Positions 21,081 through 31,324 are shown, numbered from the stretch's first letter. The stretch: DNA of 45,196 nt from Candidatus Enterenecus sp. (GCA_045589915.1 JAZNQA010000116.1:1-45196); one strand, 5' to 3'. The notes: generated from the sequence alone by a model not told the origin. Numbers and translations are program-made.

Positions 21081-21832
21081 TATGATCTGAACAGCTCCGT
21101 CACCAGCCACCCCAGCAGATGGCCTGCACCGGGGTTGTACACGCCGTTCTCCCGACAGGTCTTGAGGGCGTGGAGCACGGCGGCGGCACGGCGGGGGGAT
21201 CGGGTCAGGCTGCGGGCGGCGCAGTCCTCGGTGAGGGCCAGCAGCTCCAGAAGCTGTCCGCTTTTCATCTTTTCCTGCTCCAGCGCCACCAGATGCTCCG
21301 CCACCTCCAGCTCGCTGCCGCCCAGCAGCAGCTCCGCCAGCCGCTCCGCCCGCTCCAGCAGGGCGGGGTCAGGCGGCGTTTCCTCCGGTGGGAGGGCGAT
21401 GTGCTCACAGCGGGAACGGACGGTGTCCAGCAGCTTGCCCGGCTGCTCCGCCAGCAGCAGGAATGCGCCATAGGCGGGCCCCTCCTCCAGCACCTTGAGC
21501 AGGGCGTTCTGGGCGGCGGCGTTCATGCCGTCCGCCGGATCAATGACATACACCTTCCGTCTGCCCTCGTTGGGGCGGATGTAGGCATCCGAGCGCAGGG
21601 CGCGGGCCTGCTCCACGGTGATCTCCCGCTTGCCGTCAGGCAGGGTCACCCAGCTCACGTCGGGATGGATGCCGCCCTCCACCTTGCGGCAATGGCGGCA
21701 CCGGCCGCAGGGGGCACGCTCCCCCTCACACAGGTAGGCGGCGGTGAGGCGGCGGGCATAGTCTGCCCGACCTTGTGCGCTGCCGCCGGTGATGAGGTAG
21801 GCGTGGGACAGGCTTTCAGGCAGCTTCATCAC
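21080..21832 (-). CDS. holB: DNA polymerase III delta-prime subunit
   Basis: SHAYL, PCGRCRHC, HPD, AQNALLKVLEEGP and TVRSRC motifs. Confidence 0.9.
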   Translation of the reverse strand: MMKLPESLSHAYLITGGSAQGRADYARRLTAAYLCEGERAPCGRCRHCRKVEGGIHPDVSWVTLPDGKREITVEQARALRSDAYIRPNEGRRKVYVIDPADGMNAAAQNALLKVLEEGPAYGAFLLLAEQPGKLLDTVRSRCEHIALPPEETPPDPALLERAERLAELLLGGSELEVAEHLVALEQEKMKSGQLLELLALTEDCAARSLTRSPRRAAAVLHALKTCRENGVYNPGAGHLLGWLVTELFRS

Positions 21833-22152
21833 AGGCGCTCAAACCGATCCACGTCCACCACAAAAATGGTGGCACCCCCCACCTTGACCTCCACGGGGAG
21901 AGTGGGCAGATAGCCGAAGCCCATCTCGGTGGTGGTGGGGATGATTTGCTTACGGCTGTGGGAATACTCCCCGATCAGGTCAATGACGGTCTGCACCTGG
22001 TCCTCCTCCACGCCCACCAGCAGAGTGGCGTTGCCCACACGGAGGAAGCCGCCGGTGGTGGACAGCTTGGTGGACGAAAAGCCGTTCCTGGCCAGGTTCT
22101 GGGTGACGGCGCCTGCGTCGTCATGGTTGACAATGGCGATGACCAGTTTCAT
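21829..22152 (-). CDS. darA: c-di-AMP receptor, PII-like (DarA/PstA/YaaQ)
   Basis: TKLSTTGGFLRVGNATLLVG and VGGATIFV motifs. Confidence 0.93.
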   Translation of the reverse strand: MKLVIAIVNHDDAGAVTQNLARNGFSSTKLSTTGGFLRVGNATLLVGVEEDQVQTVIDLIGEYSHSRKQIIPTTTEMGFGYLPTLPVEVKVGGATIFVVDVDRFERL

Positions 22153-22170
22153 AAACAGACCTCCTTTGCC

Positions 22171-23484
22171 TCAGAGCGGGGATACTACCTCTATCATATC
22201 TGTATTATATCCTATTTCTTTCAAATAGACCAGATGTTTTTTCTCGATGCGCTCGCCGGGGGCGATGACGGGCACGCCGGGGGGATAGGGGGCCACCTGA
22301 CAGGCGGCGATACGCCCCTCGCTGCGCCAAAGTTCCCCCCGTTCCCGTGGGGCAAAGAGGGCCTGCCGTGGGGTAAGTGCCATCTCCGGCAGGTGGGGAG
22401 GGGGCGGGCAGTGGGCGCAGCCCTCCACCGCCAGCCCGTCCAGGGCCGTCATGAGCCGCCGAACATCGGCCTCCTCGTCGGCACAGGTGAAGATGAACAC
22501 CACATGACCGCTGTCCGCCAGTTCGGGGTAGATCCCCCGCCGGCGCAGCCTCTCTGCCAGAGCGAAGCCGTCCCCGCAGCACAGGGTGAGGCGCAGAGGG
22601 TCAAGCTCCAACCCCTCCGTTGCCACGGAGGGATATTTTTTTCGCAAATGTTCCACAATGTTGCCCACAAATGTGCATCGTTGGGTGCCTGTTTCCTCCA
22701 TGTATGCCCGCACCGTGTCCAGCGCCGCCATCATCACATAGGAGGGGGAGGAGGAACCGTACACCGAGCCTGCCCGCCGCAGCTCGTCCAGAGACTGGCC
22801 ATTGGCGAACAGGAGAGCGGTCTGACCGGGGGCGGGGAGGGTCTTGTGGGCGGACATGACCACCACGTCGGCGGCACGGTAGCCCTCGTAGCCCATGAAG
22901 GGGAGGTGAGCGCCATGGGCGCCGTCCACCATCAGGCGGGCACCATGGGCATGGCAGACGGCGGCAAGGGCGGGGATGTCCGACAACACGCCGTAATATG
23001 TAGGGGAGGTAATACAGACGGTTTTGATTTTAGGGTTGGTTTTCAGCAGGGTTTCCACCGTTTCCGGCAAAATGGGGCCGGCGATGCCCTCCTCCTTCAG
23101 CCATGGGCGGGTGAGGTAGTGGGGGGTGAGCCCCAGCAGGGCGAGGGCGTTATAGGCGGAGCGGTGGCTGCCCCGATCCAGCGCCACGTGGCCGTCCGCT
23201 CCGGCCAGCAGGGTGAGGCCGGTGTGGATGCCCTGAGTGGAGCCGCCGGTGAGGAACAGGCAGGCATCAAATCCAAAGCGGGAGGCCCACAGCCCCTCGG
23301 CCGCCTCAATGGCATCGCCCCGGCCGCCAAACAGGTCGCCGGTGTGGCCGTTTTCGGTGAAGTCGATGTGGGTGGGCCACGGAACTTCCACAGGGAGGGG
23401 CTTGCCGTGATGACCGGGCATATCCAGCCGGAGGGGCTGCTGCGCTGCGAGGTCGCACAGGCTGTCGTATAAGGGGGTTGGCAT
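22171..23484 (-). CDS. PLP-dependent Orn/Lys/Arg decarboxylase family protein (YaaO-like)
   Basis: MPGH, GST.G, SPTYYG, DGAHGAH, SAHKTLP, SSSPSY and PYPPGVP motifs. Confidence 0.9.
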   Translation of the reverse strand: MPTPLYDSLCDLAAQQPLRLDMPGHHGKPLPVEVPWPTHIDFTENGHTGDLFGGRGDAIEAAEGLWASRFGFDACLFLTGGSTQGIHTGLTLLAGADGHVALDRGSHRSAYNALALLGLTPHYLTRPWLKEEGIAGPILPETVETLLKTNPKIKTVCITSPTYYGVLSDIPALAAVCHAHGARLMVDGAHGAHLPFMGYEGYRAADVVVMSAHKTLPAPGQTALLFANGQSLDELRRAGSVYGSSSPSYVMMAALDTVRAYMEETGTQRCTFVGNIVEHLRKKYPSVATEGLELDPLRLTLCCGDGFALAERLRRRGIYPELADSGHVVFIFTCADEEADVRRLMTALDGLAVEGCAHCPPPPHLPEMALTPRQALFAPRERGELWRSEGRIAACQVAPYPPGVPVIAPGERIEKKHLVYLKEIGYNTDMIEVVSPL

Positions 23485-23506
23485 GGTGGACACCTCCGGG
23501 AGTGGG

Positions 23507-24748
23507 AAATTGAGCATGGATCATGGAAAATGGATCATGAGGGCGTAGGGCAAGGGCTCTGCCCTTGCCGTGGTATTTGCGGGCCGATGTGGGCATCGGC
23601 CCCTACGAACCATTTTGCAGGTCTCCGTAGGGGCGGGTCCCAGACCCGCCCGTATTCGGGCGCACACGCAGGTGCGCCCCTACACGTCCATCGGTGGTCT
23701 AATACGGCAAGGGCAGAGCCCTTGCCCTACGGGGGTAGGGTTGTGCCATAGGAGCCGCCTTTGGCACCCTCTGACGAGGGGGCTGTCGAGCGCAAGCGAG
23801 ACTGGGGGAGAGAGATACCAAAGTTCTCTCCCTCCGTCATTTGCTGCGCAAATGCCACCTCCCTCATCAGAGGGAGGCTTTTGCGGGCGGGCCGGTGTCC
23901 CGCCCGTTTTACACCTCTCCGTCACCGTCCCCAATGGAGAAGGCCTTTAAGCCTCCCCTGTGCAAGGGGAGGTGGCGGCAAAGCCGCCGGAGGGGTTGTG
24001 CGTTGACGGACAATCCCCCAATCATGGCTTCGCCATGCCAGCCCCCTTTACACAAGGGGGCCTCTGGAGGTCGTCGGGGACGCCGGCCCCTACGAACCAT
24101 TTTGCGGGTCTGCCGTAGGGGGCCCAGACCCGCCCGTTTCACACCTCTCCGCCCCCTTCGGGGCACCTCCCCTCAAGGGGAGGCTATTAGGCTTCCCCTC
24201 TGGGGAAGCTGTCGAGCGCAAGCGAGACTGATGAGGGCGTGGAAGGATGCAGAATGGATGTCCGCACCCCGTAGGGCAAGGGTTGTGCCCTTGCCGCCTT
24301 TGCGGGCCGATGTGGGCATCGGCCCCTACGAACCTTTTTGCGGGTCTGCCGTAGGGGCGGGACACTGGCCCGCCCGCATTGACACCTCTCCGCCCCTTCG
24401 GGGCACCTCCCCTCAAGGGGAGGCTTTGGGGCGATCACCCATTCTGCATTCCCTGCATTCTGTATTCTGCATTGTTCTCCCCTCATCCGTCACGGCTTCG
24501 CCGTGCCACCTTCCCCAGAGGGGAAGGCTGTTCGGCCCGATGGGGGCATCGGGCCCTACGGTGGTCTCGGATGAAAAGAGGCGGTGGGATTTCCCACCGC
24601 CTCCTTCGAAGTTTTTGGTTGTTGGGTTTGCTTGCTCGCACCAGGCAGCGTTCCTCCAACTGCATCGGACAACCCCTCCGCCCCCTGCGGGGGCACCTCC
24701 CCTTACACAGGGGAGGCTTCGGGCGCACACACAGGTGCGCCCCTACGG
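23507..24748. repeat. Largest mosaic repeat cluster (~1.25 kb)
   Basis: More than ten A REPs, about ten B repeats from at least four subtypes, and 7-mer tracts. Confidence 0.92.
24573..24604 (-). terminator. Intrinsic terminator of the rpmH-jag operon
   Basis: GAGGCGGTGGGA-TT-TCCCACCGCCTC with a U-tract on the minus strand. Confidence 0.75.
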
Positions 24749-24796
24749 GCTATCCTCTGCGCTTCTCATTGTCACGCTTCGCCTGTTCGTGACGGC

Positions 24797-25504
24797 TCAG
24801 CGCTTACTGGGATCGTAAGCCACCACGGTGCGGCGGTTGGGCTCGGTGCCGGTGGAGTAGGTGGACACGCCGGGGTAGTCCTGCAGGGCGGCATGGATCA
24901 CATGGCGCTCATAGGCGTTCATGGACTCCAGGGTCACGTTGCGGCGGTACTTCACGGCACGGGCTGCGGTCTTGCGGGCCAGCCGCTCCAGAGATTCCTC
25001 ACGGCGGGCACGGTAGCCCTCGGCATCCACATGGATGCGCACACGGTGGCTGCGGCCACGGTTGACCGCATAGCCGGTGAGCTGCTGGATGGCGTCCAGC
25101 GTCTCGCCACGGTGGCCGATGAGAGCGCCCATCTTCTCGCCCTCCAGCACCACCTCATAGGTGTCACCCTCACGGGTGATGACAGGGGTGGCCTCCACGC
25201 CCATGTGGGCGAACAGGCCGGTCTGGAACTTCAGGATGGCGGCGGCCACGGCGTCGTCAGCGGCAGCGGGGGCAGCCTTGGGAGCCTCACAGACGGGGGC
25301 GGGCTCCTCCACCACCTCAGGCTCGTCGGGAGCTTCGTAGGTCAGCTTGACCTTGGCAGGGACGGAGCCAATGCCCAGAAAGCCGCTCTTGCCCCGCTCC
25401 AGGATTTCCAGAGACACGTCGTCACGCTCCAGACCGAGCTGGGCCAGACCCTTGGCGACGGCCTCCTCCTCAGTCTTGGCGGTGACCTCAATATACTTCT
25501 GCAC
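24797..25504 (-). CDS. jag: RNA-binding protein Jag/KhpB/EloR
   Basis: Jag N-domain, KH motif LIGHRGETLDAIQ and R3H motif ERHVIH. Confidence 0.95.
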   Translation of the reverse strand: MQKYIEVTAKTEEEAVAKGLAQLGLERDDVSLEILERGKSGFLGIGSVPAKVKLTYEAPDEPEVVEEPAPVCEAPKAAPAAADDAVAAAILKFQTGLFAHMGVEATPVITREGDTYEVVLEGEKMGALIGHRGETLDAIQQLTGYAVNRGRSHRVRIHVDAEGYRARREESLERLARKTAARAVKYRRNVTLESMNAYERHVIHAALQDYPGVSTYSTGTEPNRRTVVAYDPSKR

Positions 25505-25518
25505 AGAGATACACTCCT

Positions 25519-26853
25519 TTATTCTGCGTTGGGTTCCTCGTCCTCGGACTCGGCGGCATAGGCCTCCTCATAGTCCGCACCCTCGGAAACGGCCTCGGTC
25601 TCCACTTCGGAAACAGCGGTCTCGTTGACGGGGGTCTCGGCGGGGATGGCCACGCCCGCCTCGGTCAGCAGCTCCTTCTCCTCCTCGGTGAGGGGCTCCA
25701 GATCGGGATCGGGGGTCTTGTACTTGTCGTCGGGATCACGGTAGGGGGTGATGGGGTAGCGGTTGGGGTCGTAGGCACGGCCACGGGCATAAGTGCGCAT
25801 GCCGGAGCGGCTGGCAGACAGGTCAACGCCCTTCTCCTTCTTGGGCTGCACCTTCTTCTTGCCCTTGCCGGCGGCGATGGCGGCAGCCTTGCGCTCGGCG
25901 GCCTGACGGCGGCGCTCCTTCTCGGCCTCCTTGGCCTTGCGGGCCTGCTCCTCCATGGCCTTCTGGGCAGCCTCGTAGTCCTTGCGCAGGATGCGGCCGC
26001 ACAGAACCTCCTGCACCATGGTCAGGGCGGAGTTGGCGATCCAGTACACACACAGACCGGCGGGCATGGAGTAGCCGATGATGAGGGAGAACAGGGGGCT
26101 GATGAGCATCATGGTGCGGTTGGTCTTGGCAGCGGGGTCATCCTTGGAGGCGTTGCGGTTCATGTTGTTGGTCTTCTGAGTGACCATCATGGACACCAGA
26201 GACACCACAGCCGAGATGATGGGCAGCAGGAACAGACCGATGGCGTTCCAGCTCAGACCATCCTGCCAGAACTTGAGGGTGGGGGTCTGAGCCAGATTGA
26301 TGCCCAGGAACTGGAAGTTGATGACGAACAGACCGGCGGCGGACAGACCGGCGGCGGTGACGGCCTCCTTGGCGGAGGCGATGTTGCCGGAGTTGAGGGA
26401 GGCGGCCAGGGTCAGCTCGCTGGTGCCGGCGCCTGCCACGAAGTCGGTGACGCCCAGCTTGGTGGCCACGGCAGAGGTGGCGGTCTCATTCAGGCGCATC
26501 ATGTACTTCATGGGGCGGCGAATGATGGCGTACAGCGGCATCAGGATAACCAGGGGGATCAGGGACCAGCCGCAGCCGCCCATGGGACTGATGTTATTCT
26601 CGCTGTAAAACTTCTGCACTTCCTGCTGATAGCGCACACGGTCGTTGCCGCAGCGCTTCTGGATCTCCTGAAGCTGGCCGGACACCATGGTGGTCTTGAT
26701 CATGCTCTTTTTTCCCTTGAGGGACAGGGGGAAGAGGATGATCTTGACGACCACGGTAAAGAGGATGAGGGCGATGCCGTAGCTGTTGAAGACATCGCAG
26801 AAAACCTTCAGCAGCCAGCTAAAGGGGGTCATGATGATTTGCCAAAAATCCAT
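25519..26853 (-). CDS. yidC: Membrane protein insertase YidC/SpoIIIJ
   Basis: YGIALILFT, P.GGC and PAGLCVYW motifs; canonical gene context. Confidence 0.93.
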   Translation of the reverse strand: MDFWQIIMTPFSWLLKVFCDVFNSYGIALILFTVVVKIILFPLSLKGKKSMIKTTMVSGQLQEIQKRCGNDRVRYQQEVQKFYSENNISPMGGCGWSLIPLVILMPLYAIIRRPMKYMMRLNETATSAVATKLGVTDFVAGAGTSELTLAASLNSGNIASAKEAVTAAGLSAAGLFVINFQFLGINLAQTPTLKFWQDGLSWNAIGLFLLPIISAVVSLVSMMVTQKTNNMNRNASKDDPAAKTNRTMMLISPLFSLIIGYSMPAGLCVYWIANSALTMVQEVLCGRILRKDYEAAQKAMEEQARKAKEAEKERRRQAAERKAAAIAAGKGKKKVQPKKEKGVDLSASRSGMRTYARGRAYDPNRYPITPYRDPDDKYKTPDPDLEPLTEEEKELLTEAGVAIPAETPVNETAVSEVETEAVSEGADYEEAYAAESEDEEPNAE

Positions 26854-26854
26854 G

Positions 26855-27100
26855 TTATCCTCCTAATTTTCTGGTTTTTTTCGGGGGAACGGGGTCGTAG
26901 ATGAAGTCTTTGTCCCTGTGAAAGGGGTGGCAGCGCAAAATGCGCCACAGCGACAGGAAGCCGCCCTTGATGGCGCCGTGTACCTCCACGGCCTCCAGCG
27001 CATAGCTGGAGCAGGTGGGGACGAAGCGGCAGCACGGAGGGCGGGAGGGCGAAATGTTCTTCTGGTAGAACCGGATCATGGCAAGCAGGATGCGCTTCAT
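26855..27100 (-). CDS. yidD: Membrane protein insertion efficiency factor
   Basis: [11 protein letters not shown]...RILRCHPF...DPVP motif. Confidence 0.95.
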   Translation of the reverse strand: MKRILLAMIRFYQKNISPSRPPCCRFVPTCSSYALEAVEVHGAIKGGFLSLWRILRCHPFHRDKDFIYDPVPPKKTRKLGG

Positions 27101-27104
27101 GTCC

Positions 27105-27449
27105 TTACCCTTCCTTTTTCAGCAGATCCAGCCGCTGCGCCAGCCGCAGAAAGGATTTCTCCAGCTCACGGTAGCTGCTGTGGGCGGCCCGAACACGGGC
27201 CACCACCACCACATCCATGCCGGAGACCAGTTCCCCCTCGTGGAGGCGGTAGATCTCACGCAGGCGGCGCCGGGTGCGGTTGCGCACCACGGCATGGCCC
27301 AATTTGGTGGACACGGTGAAGCCTAAACGATTGGTCTTGCCGCCGTTCCGCCGCACATAGAGGGCCAGCCGCCCGTCCGCCGCAGTATTTCCCTTTCGGT
27401 ACAGGCGGCGGAACAGATGGTTTTCCTTCAATGACACGGTGATCTTCAC
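27105..27449 (-). CDS. rnpA: Ribonuclease P protein component
   Basis: [25 protein letters not shown] (RNR motif). Confidence 0.96.
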   Translation of the reverse strand: MKITVSLKENHLFRRLYRKGNTAADGRLALYVRRNGGKTNRLGFTVSTKLGHAVVRNRTRRRLREIYRLHEGELVSGMDVVVVARVRAAHSSYRELEKSFLRLAQRLDLLKKEG

Positions 27450-27554
27450 AAGAATTCTCCCTTCATCCGGGGCGGGATATTCCGAAAACGGACATAGGGG
27501 CGAGGGAGAAACTCCCGCGCCCCGGTCGTATTCAATATCCCGATGTTGCCGCCA

Positions 27555-27689
27555 TCAGTAAGACAGGCGGGCGCGGCCCTTGGCACGACGACGGGCCAGG
27601 ACCTTACGGCCGTTGGCGGTAGCCATGCGCTTACGGAAGCCATGGACCTTGGAGCGATGACGCTTCTTGGGCTGATAGGTACGAACCAT
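27555..27689 (-). CDS. rpmH: 50S ribosomal protein L34
   Basis: [22 protein letters not shown]...; AGGAGGTG RBS. Confidence 0.98.
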   Translation of the reverse strand: MVRTYQPKKRHRSKVHGFRKRMATANGRKVLARRRAKGRARLSY

Positions 27690-27799
27690 GCGGGAACACC
27701 TCCTGTACAAATTGGCGGGGCAAAGCCCGCCTCCACAACGCCCAAACGGGCGCGGTTGGTAAACAAAGCGCTTTTGCACCGCAAAAGAGCGCACCGCGA

Positions 27800-27828
27800 A
27801 TTATACTTGATTTTTCCCCCTCTGTCAA
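27800..27828 (-). promoter_or_regulatory. Consensus SigA promoter for the rpmH operon
   Basis: TTGACA, 17-nt spacer, TATAAT on the minus strand. Confidence 0.88.
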
Positions 27829-27969
27829 CCGATTTTCCAAGAAAAATCAGCACTTTTCCGGCAGACACAACATCTTGTGCCCCCGTTTGCGGAAGGTCAC
27901 AATCGCACCGTCCCTCCGCAGCGCAGGGCACGCCGCTACATTATTATATAAACAATTGGCACAAAACCC

Positions 27970-27998
27970 TTGTGAAGCAGGGTAAAATTTGATATAAT
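27970..27998 (+). promoter_or_regulatory. SigA promoter for dnaA
   Basis: TTGTGA, 17-nt spacer, TG-extended TATAAT. Confidence 0.75.
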
Positions 27999-28040
27999 AA
28001 AGGAGTTAACAATATGCAAAAAATCAAGGAGGCCTGGGGC

Positions 28041-29360
28041 ATGAAATCCGCCGCCGATGTATGGGAAAAAGTGAAAAGCCTGTTGGAAGGCGAGATGACC
28101 GCCGTATCCATCGAGACCTGGTTCGGCGATGTGGAGGCCGTTGCGCTGGAGGACACACGGCTGGTGCTGTGCGTGCCCACCGACTTTAAGCGGGGCATCA
28201 TCAAAAGCCGGTTCCAGTCCGCCGTGGAGCGCAGCCTGAAGGAGCTGTTCTCCTTCGATGTGGAGGTGGCTATGCTGCTGCCTGAGGAGCGGGAGCGGTA
28301 TCAGTCCGCCGGCGCCAACAATCAGTACCGGGACGACTCCATGCGCAGCTACACCTTCGACCGGTTCGTGGTGGGCCCCACCAACAAATTCGCCTTTACC
28401 GCCGCACAGAACGTGGCGGAGCAGCCCGGCGGAGCCTACAACCCGCTGTTTATCTACGGCAAGTCCGGCCTGGGCAAGACCCATTTGCTCCACGCCATCG
28501 CCAATCGGGTGCAGGCGGATCACCCCGCCTACCGCATCATGTACATCAAGAGCGAGGACTTCGTCAACGAGCTCATCGCCATCCTGCGCCACGGCGGGGA
28601 TATGCAGAGCTTTCGGGAAAAGTACCGCACGGTGGATCTGTTCCTGATGGACGACGTGCAGTTCGTGGCGGGCAAGGAGTCCAGCGAGGAGGAGCTGTTC
28701 CACACCTTCAATACCCTGCGGGAGCACGGGAAGCAGATCGTGTTCACCTCTGACCGTCCTCCCCATGAGATGATCCGCATGGAGCAGCGGCTCAAGACCC
28801 GCTTTGAACAGGGCCTGGCCGCCGACATCCAGCCCCCCGATTACGAAACCCGTATGGCCATCCTCAAAAATAAATCGCTGGAGCGGGGCATTGCCCTGCC
28901 CGATGCGGTGCTGTCCTATGTGGCGGAGAACATTACCTCCAATGTGCGGCGCATCGAGGGCGTGGTCAACAAAATTATGGCCTTCCAGGAGCTGCTGGGG
29001 GCCGAGGTGGACGTGGAGAACACCATCCGTGCCATTCGGGACTTCCTCCACTCCAAGGAGGACTTCCTCCCCTCGGCGGACACCATCATTCAGGAGGTGG
29101 CCCGCTTCTACGAGCTGGATGGGGACGCCATCCGTGGCCAGAGCCAGAATAAGGAGACCAGCACCGCCCGCAACGTGGCCATCTACATCACCAGAGAGAT
29201 GACCCAGCTCTCCCTCACCGAGATCGGTCAGCAGTTCGGCGGCCGCCACCATTCCACCATCCTCAACTCCGTCAACCGGGTGGAAAAGACCATGAAGGAG
29301 CAGCCGGAGCTCACCGAGATCATTCGGGATATTACCAATGCGGTGAATAATGCTTTTTAA
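28041..29360 (+). CDS. dnaA: Chromosomal replication initiator DnaA
   Basis: YTFDRFVVG, YNPLFIYGKSGLGKTHL, DDVQF and EELFHTFN motifs; AAGGAGG precedes ATG 28041 (alternative ATG at 28014). Confidence 0.97.
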   Translation: MKSAADVWEKVKSLLEGEMTAVSIETWFGDVEAVALEDTRLVLCVPTDFKRGIIKSRFQSAVERSLKELFSFDVEVAMLLPEERERYQSAGANNQYRDDSMRSYTFDRFVVGPTNKFAFTAAQNVAEQPGGAYNPLFIYGKSGLGKTHLLHAIANRVQADHPAYRIMYIKSEDFVNELIAILRHGGDMQSFREKYRTVDLFLMDDVQFVAGKESSEEELFHTFNTLREHGKQIVFTSDRPPHEMIRMEQRLKTRFEQGLAADIQPPDYETRMAILKNKSLERGIALPDAVLSYVAENITSNVRRIEGVVNKIMAFQELLGAEVDVENTIRAIRDFLHSKEDFLPSADTIIQEVARFYELDGDAIRGQSQNKETSTARNVAIYITREMTQLSLTEIGQQFGGRHHSTILNSVNRVEKTMKEQPELTEIIRDITNAVNNAF

Positions 29361-29371
29361 TGATAGAATAT

Positions 29372-29915
29372 GCCTCCGGCGGCCTACTTTCGGTTTCGCC
29401 CGAAAGTAGGCAATGGGCGACTTAGGGATGAAATTGGTTCGCCTTGTCACGAAGGGCGTGACTTCGGCTCTCAAAATTTCACCCCTAAGAACCCCCTTTT
29501 TACGGGGGGAGCGGAATCGGTGCAGCGAAAGGGGACCCCGCAAAAACCCAACGAAGTGGTTTTTGTGGGGAGAGGAGGAGCAAGGAAGCGAGCGGAGTTT
29601 TCGCAAAAAGCGGAAACGGAGCATAGCGGACTTTGCGACGACGATGGCGTGAGGCAATACGGATCGTTTCTGCATTTTAGCCGCTCAGCCGCTTCGTGCC
29701 TGCTGTGTTTCGGTGCAAGCGTTTCCATTAAGCGCCTGGCATGGCAGATGGCTTGTTGCCCAAGGCATCCTATCGGGCGGGCGGGTTTAGAACCCGCCCC
29801 TACGGCGTACCCCATGGCTTTTCTGTAGGGGCGCACCTATGTGTGCGCCCGAAAAGGCGCATCAAGGATGCCTCGCCCTACGATATTGTCCATTATCTAT
29901 TATCAATTATCAAAT
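29372..29915. repeat. Family-E element containing a family-D element, then A REPs and 7-mers
   Basis: CCTACTTTCGG..CCGAAAGTAGG hairpin; reversed D element at 29528-29644; three A REPs; TTATCAA tract. Confidence 0.75.
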
Positions 29916-29917
29916 GA

Positions 29918-30120
29918 TCTATTTCCACTTGTATCACTTCCACATTTCTGCGGACTGTGGTGTGGAAGGCTGTGGAAATCTGGCGGAGATCAAAAAAACC
30001 GGCATACCCTGTGGACATTCTGCGGAAGCCCTGTTGACGGCGTAAACCTTGCCTGCCAACGGCTCCGGCGGTTTTCCTCAACTTCCACCGCCTCTACTAT
30101 GTACTACGAACTATATTAAC
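29918..30120. other. oriC: degenerate DnaA boxes and DnaA-trio unwinding element
   Basis: Clustered TTCCAC/TGTGGA motifs (29937-29945, 29961, 29971, 30010, 30081), then GCCT-CTACTATGTACTAC (30090-30107) upstream of dnaN, as in the B. subtilis origin layout. Confidence 0.8.
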
Positions 30121-30163
30121 TTCCCTTCCTTAACGGAGGGAGGGCGAGAAAGGAACCTGCCCT

Positions 30164-31282
30164 ATGAAATTTTCCTGTGAAAAAGCCCTGCTCCAAAGTG
30201 CCGTCACCACCGCCGGACGGGTGGTGGCTTCCAAGAGCTCCATCCTCGCCTTAGAGGGTGTGCTGGTGGAGGCGGAGGAGAACGGCCTGCGTATCAGCGG
30301 CTACAACCTGGAGACCGGCATCGTCACCAAGGTGGAGGCCAACGTCACCCGTCAGGGTGCCATCGTGCTGTCTGCCCGCCTGTTCGGTGAGATCATCCGC
30401 AAGCTGCCTGATGACGTGGTTTCCGTGGAGAGCGACGGAAACGCCGTCCATATCTCCTGCGGCCCCACCTCCTTTGACATCATGGGCAGCAGCGCAGAGG
30501 AATTTCCCGAACTGCCCACCGTGGACGACGGCAACGGCCTGCTGGTCACCCAGGGCAATATGCGGGCCATGATCTCCCGTGTGATCTTCGCCGTCAGCGA
30601 CAATGAGAGCCGCCCCATCCACACCGGCGCTCTGTTCGAGGTGTCCGGCGATGAGCTGACCATGGTGGCGGTGGACGGCTACCGTCTGGCCCTGCGCAGG
30701 GAAAAGATCGTGGGCAAGTCCGGTGCGGCCGGATTCTCCTTCGTGGTGCCCGGCGCCGCCCTCAACGAGGTGGACAAAATCTGCGCCGACAGCGATGAGG
30801 TGGTTTCCATCACCGAAGGCGCCCGCCACATCACCTTTGAGATGGGCAGCACTCTGCTGGTGGCCCGCCGTCTGGAGGGCGAGTTTCTCAACTACCGCCA
30901 GACCATCCCCCAGAACAACTCCATTTCACTGGAGGCGGCCACCTCTGATCTGCAGGTGTCCATTGACCGTGCCTCCCTCATCATCAATGACAAGCTGAAA
31001 AGCCCTCTGCGCTGCCGCTTTGAGGACGGCGTGCTGTCCATCACCTCCCGCACCGCCATCGGCTCCGCCTTTGACAGCTGCCCCATCGTGGGGGACGGCA
31101 GAGGGCTGGAAATCGGCTTCAATAACCGCTTTCTTATGGATGCGGTGAAGGCCGCCCCTGCCGACCGTGTGCGGCTGGAGCTGAACACCTCCACCTCCCC
31201 CTGCCTCATTCTGCCGGTGGTGGGTGCGGAGGACAACTTCCTGTATATGGTGCTCCCCGTCCGGCTGAAGGCCGGTGAATAA
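30164..31282 (+). CDS. dnaN: DNA polymerase III beta clamp
   Basis: VAVDGYRLA, RLEGEFLNY, IGFN..FLMD and MVLPVR motifs. Confidence 0.97.
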   Translation: MKFSCEKALLQSAVTTAGRVVASKSSILALEGVLVEAEENGLRISGYNLETGIVTKVEANVTRQGAIVLSARLFGEIIRKLPDDVVSVESDGNAVHISCGPTSFDIMGSSAEEFPELPTVDDGNGLLVTQGNMRAMISRVIFAVSDNESRPIHTGALFEVSGDELTMVAVDGYRLALRREKIVGKSGAAGFSFVVPGAALNEVDKICADSDEVVSITEGARHITFEMGSTLLVARRLEGEFLNYRQTIPQNNSISLEAATSDLQVSIDRASLIINDKLKSPLRCRFEDGVLSITSRTAIGSAFDSCPIVGDGRGLEIGFNNRFLMDAVKAAPADRVRLELNTSTSPCLILPVVGAEDNFLYMVLPVRLKAGE

Positions 31283-31324
31283 GTTGGGGCAGCGGCATAG
31301 ATTACGAGAAAAAGGAGAACCAAA

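Noticed and set aside
23507-24748. CRISPR array
   Set aside because: Repeats are heterogeneous, in both orientations and irregularly spaced, the spacers are themselves repeated, and no cas genes are present.
23841-24818. ORFs across repeat clusters (recurring [14 protein letters not shown] and VGAHLCVRP peptides)
   Set aside because: They are translations of GC-rich palindromic repeats without credible RBSs.
28000-28040. dnaA start at ATG 28014
   Set aside because: The predicted transcription start (~28004-28005) would cut its RBS, and ATG 28041 has AAGGAGG; not fully excluded.
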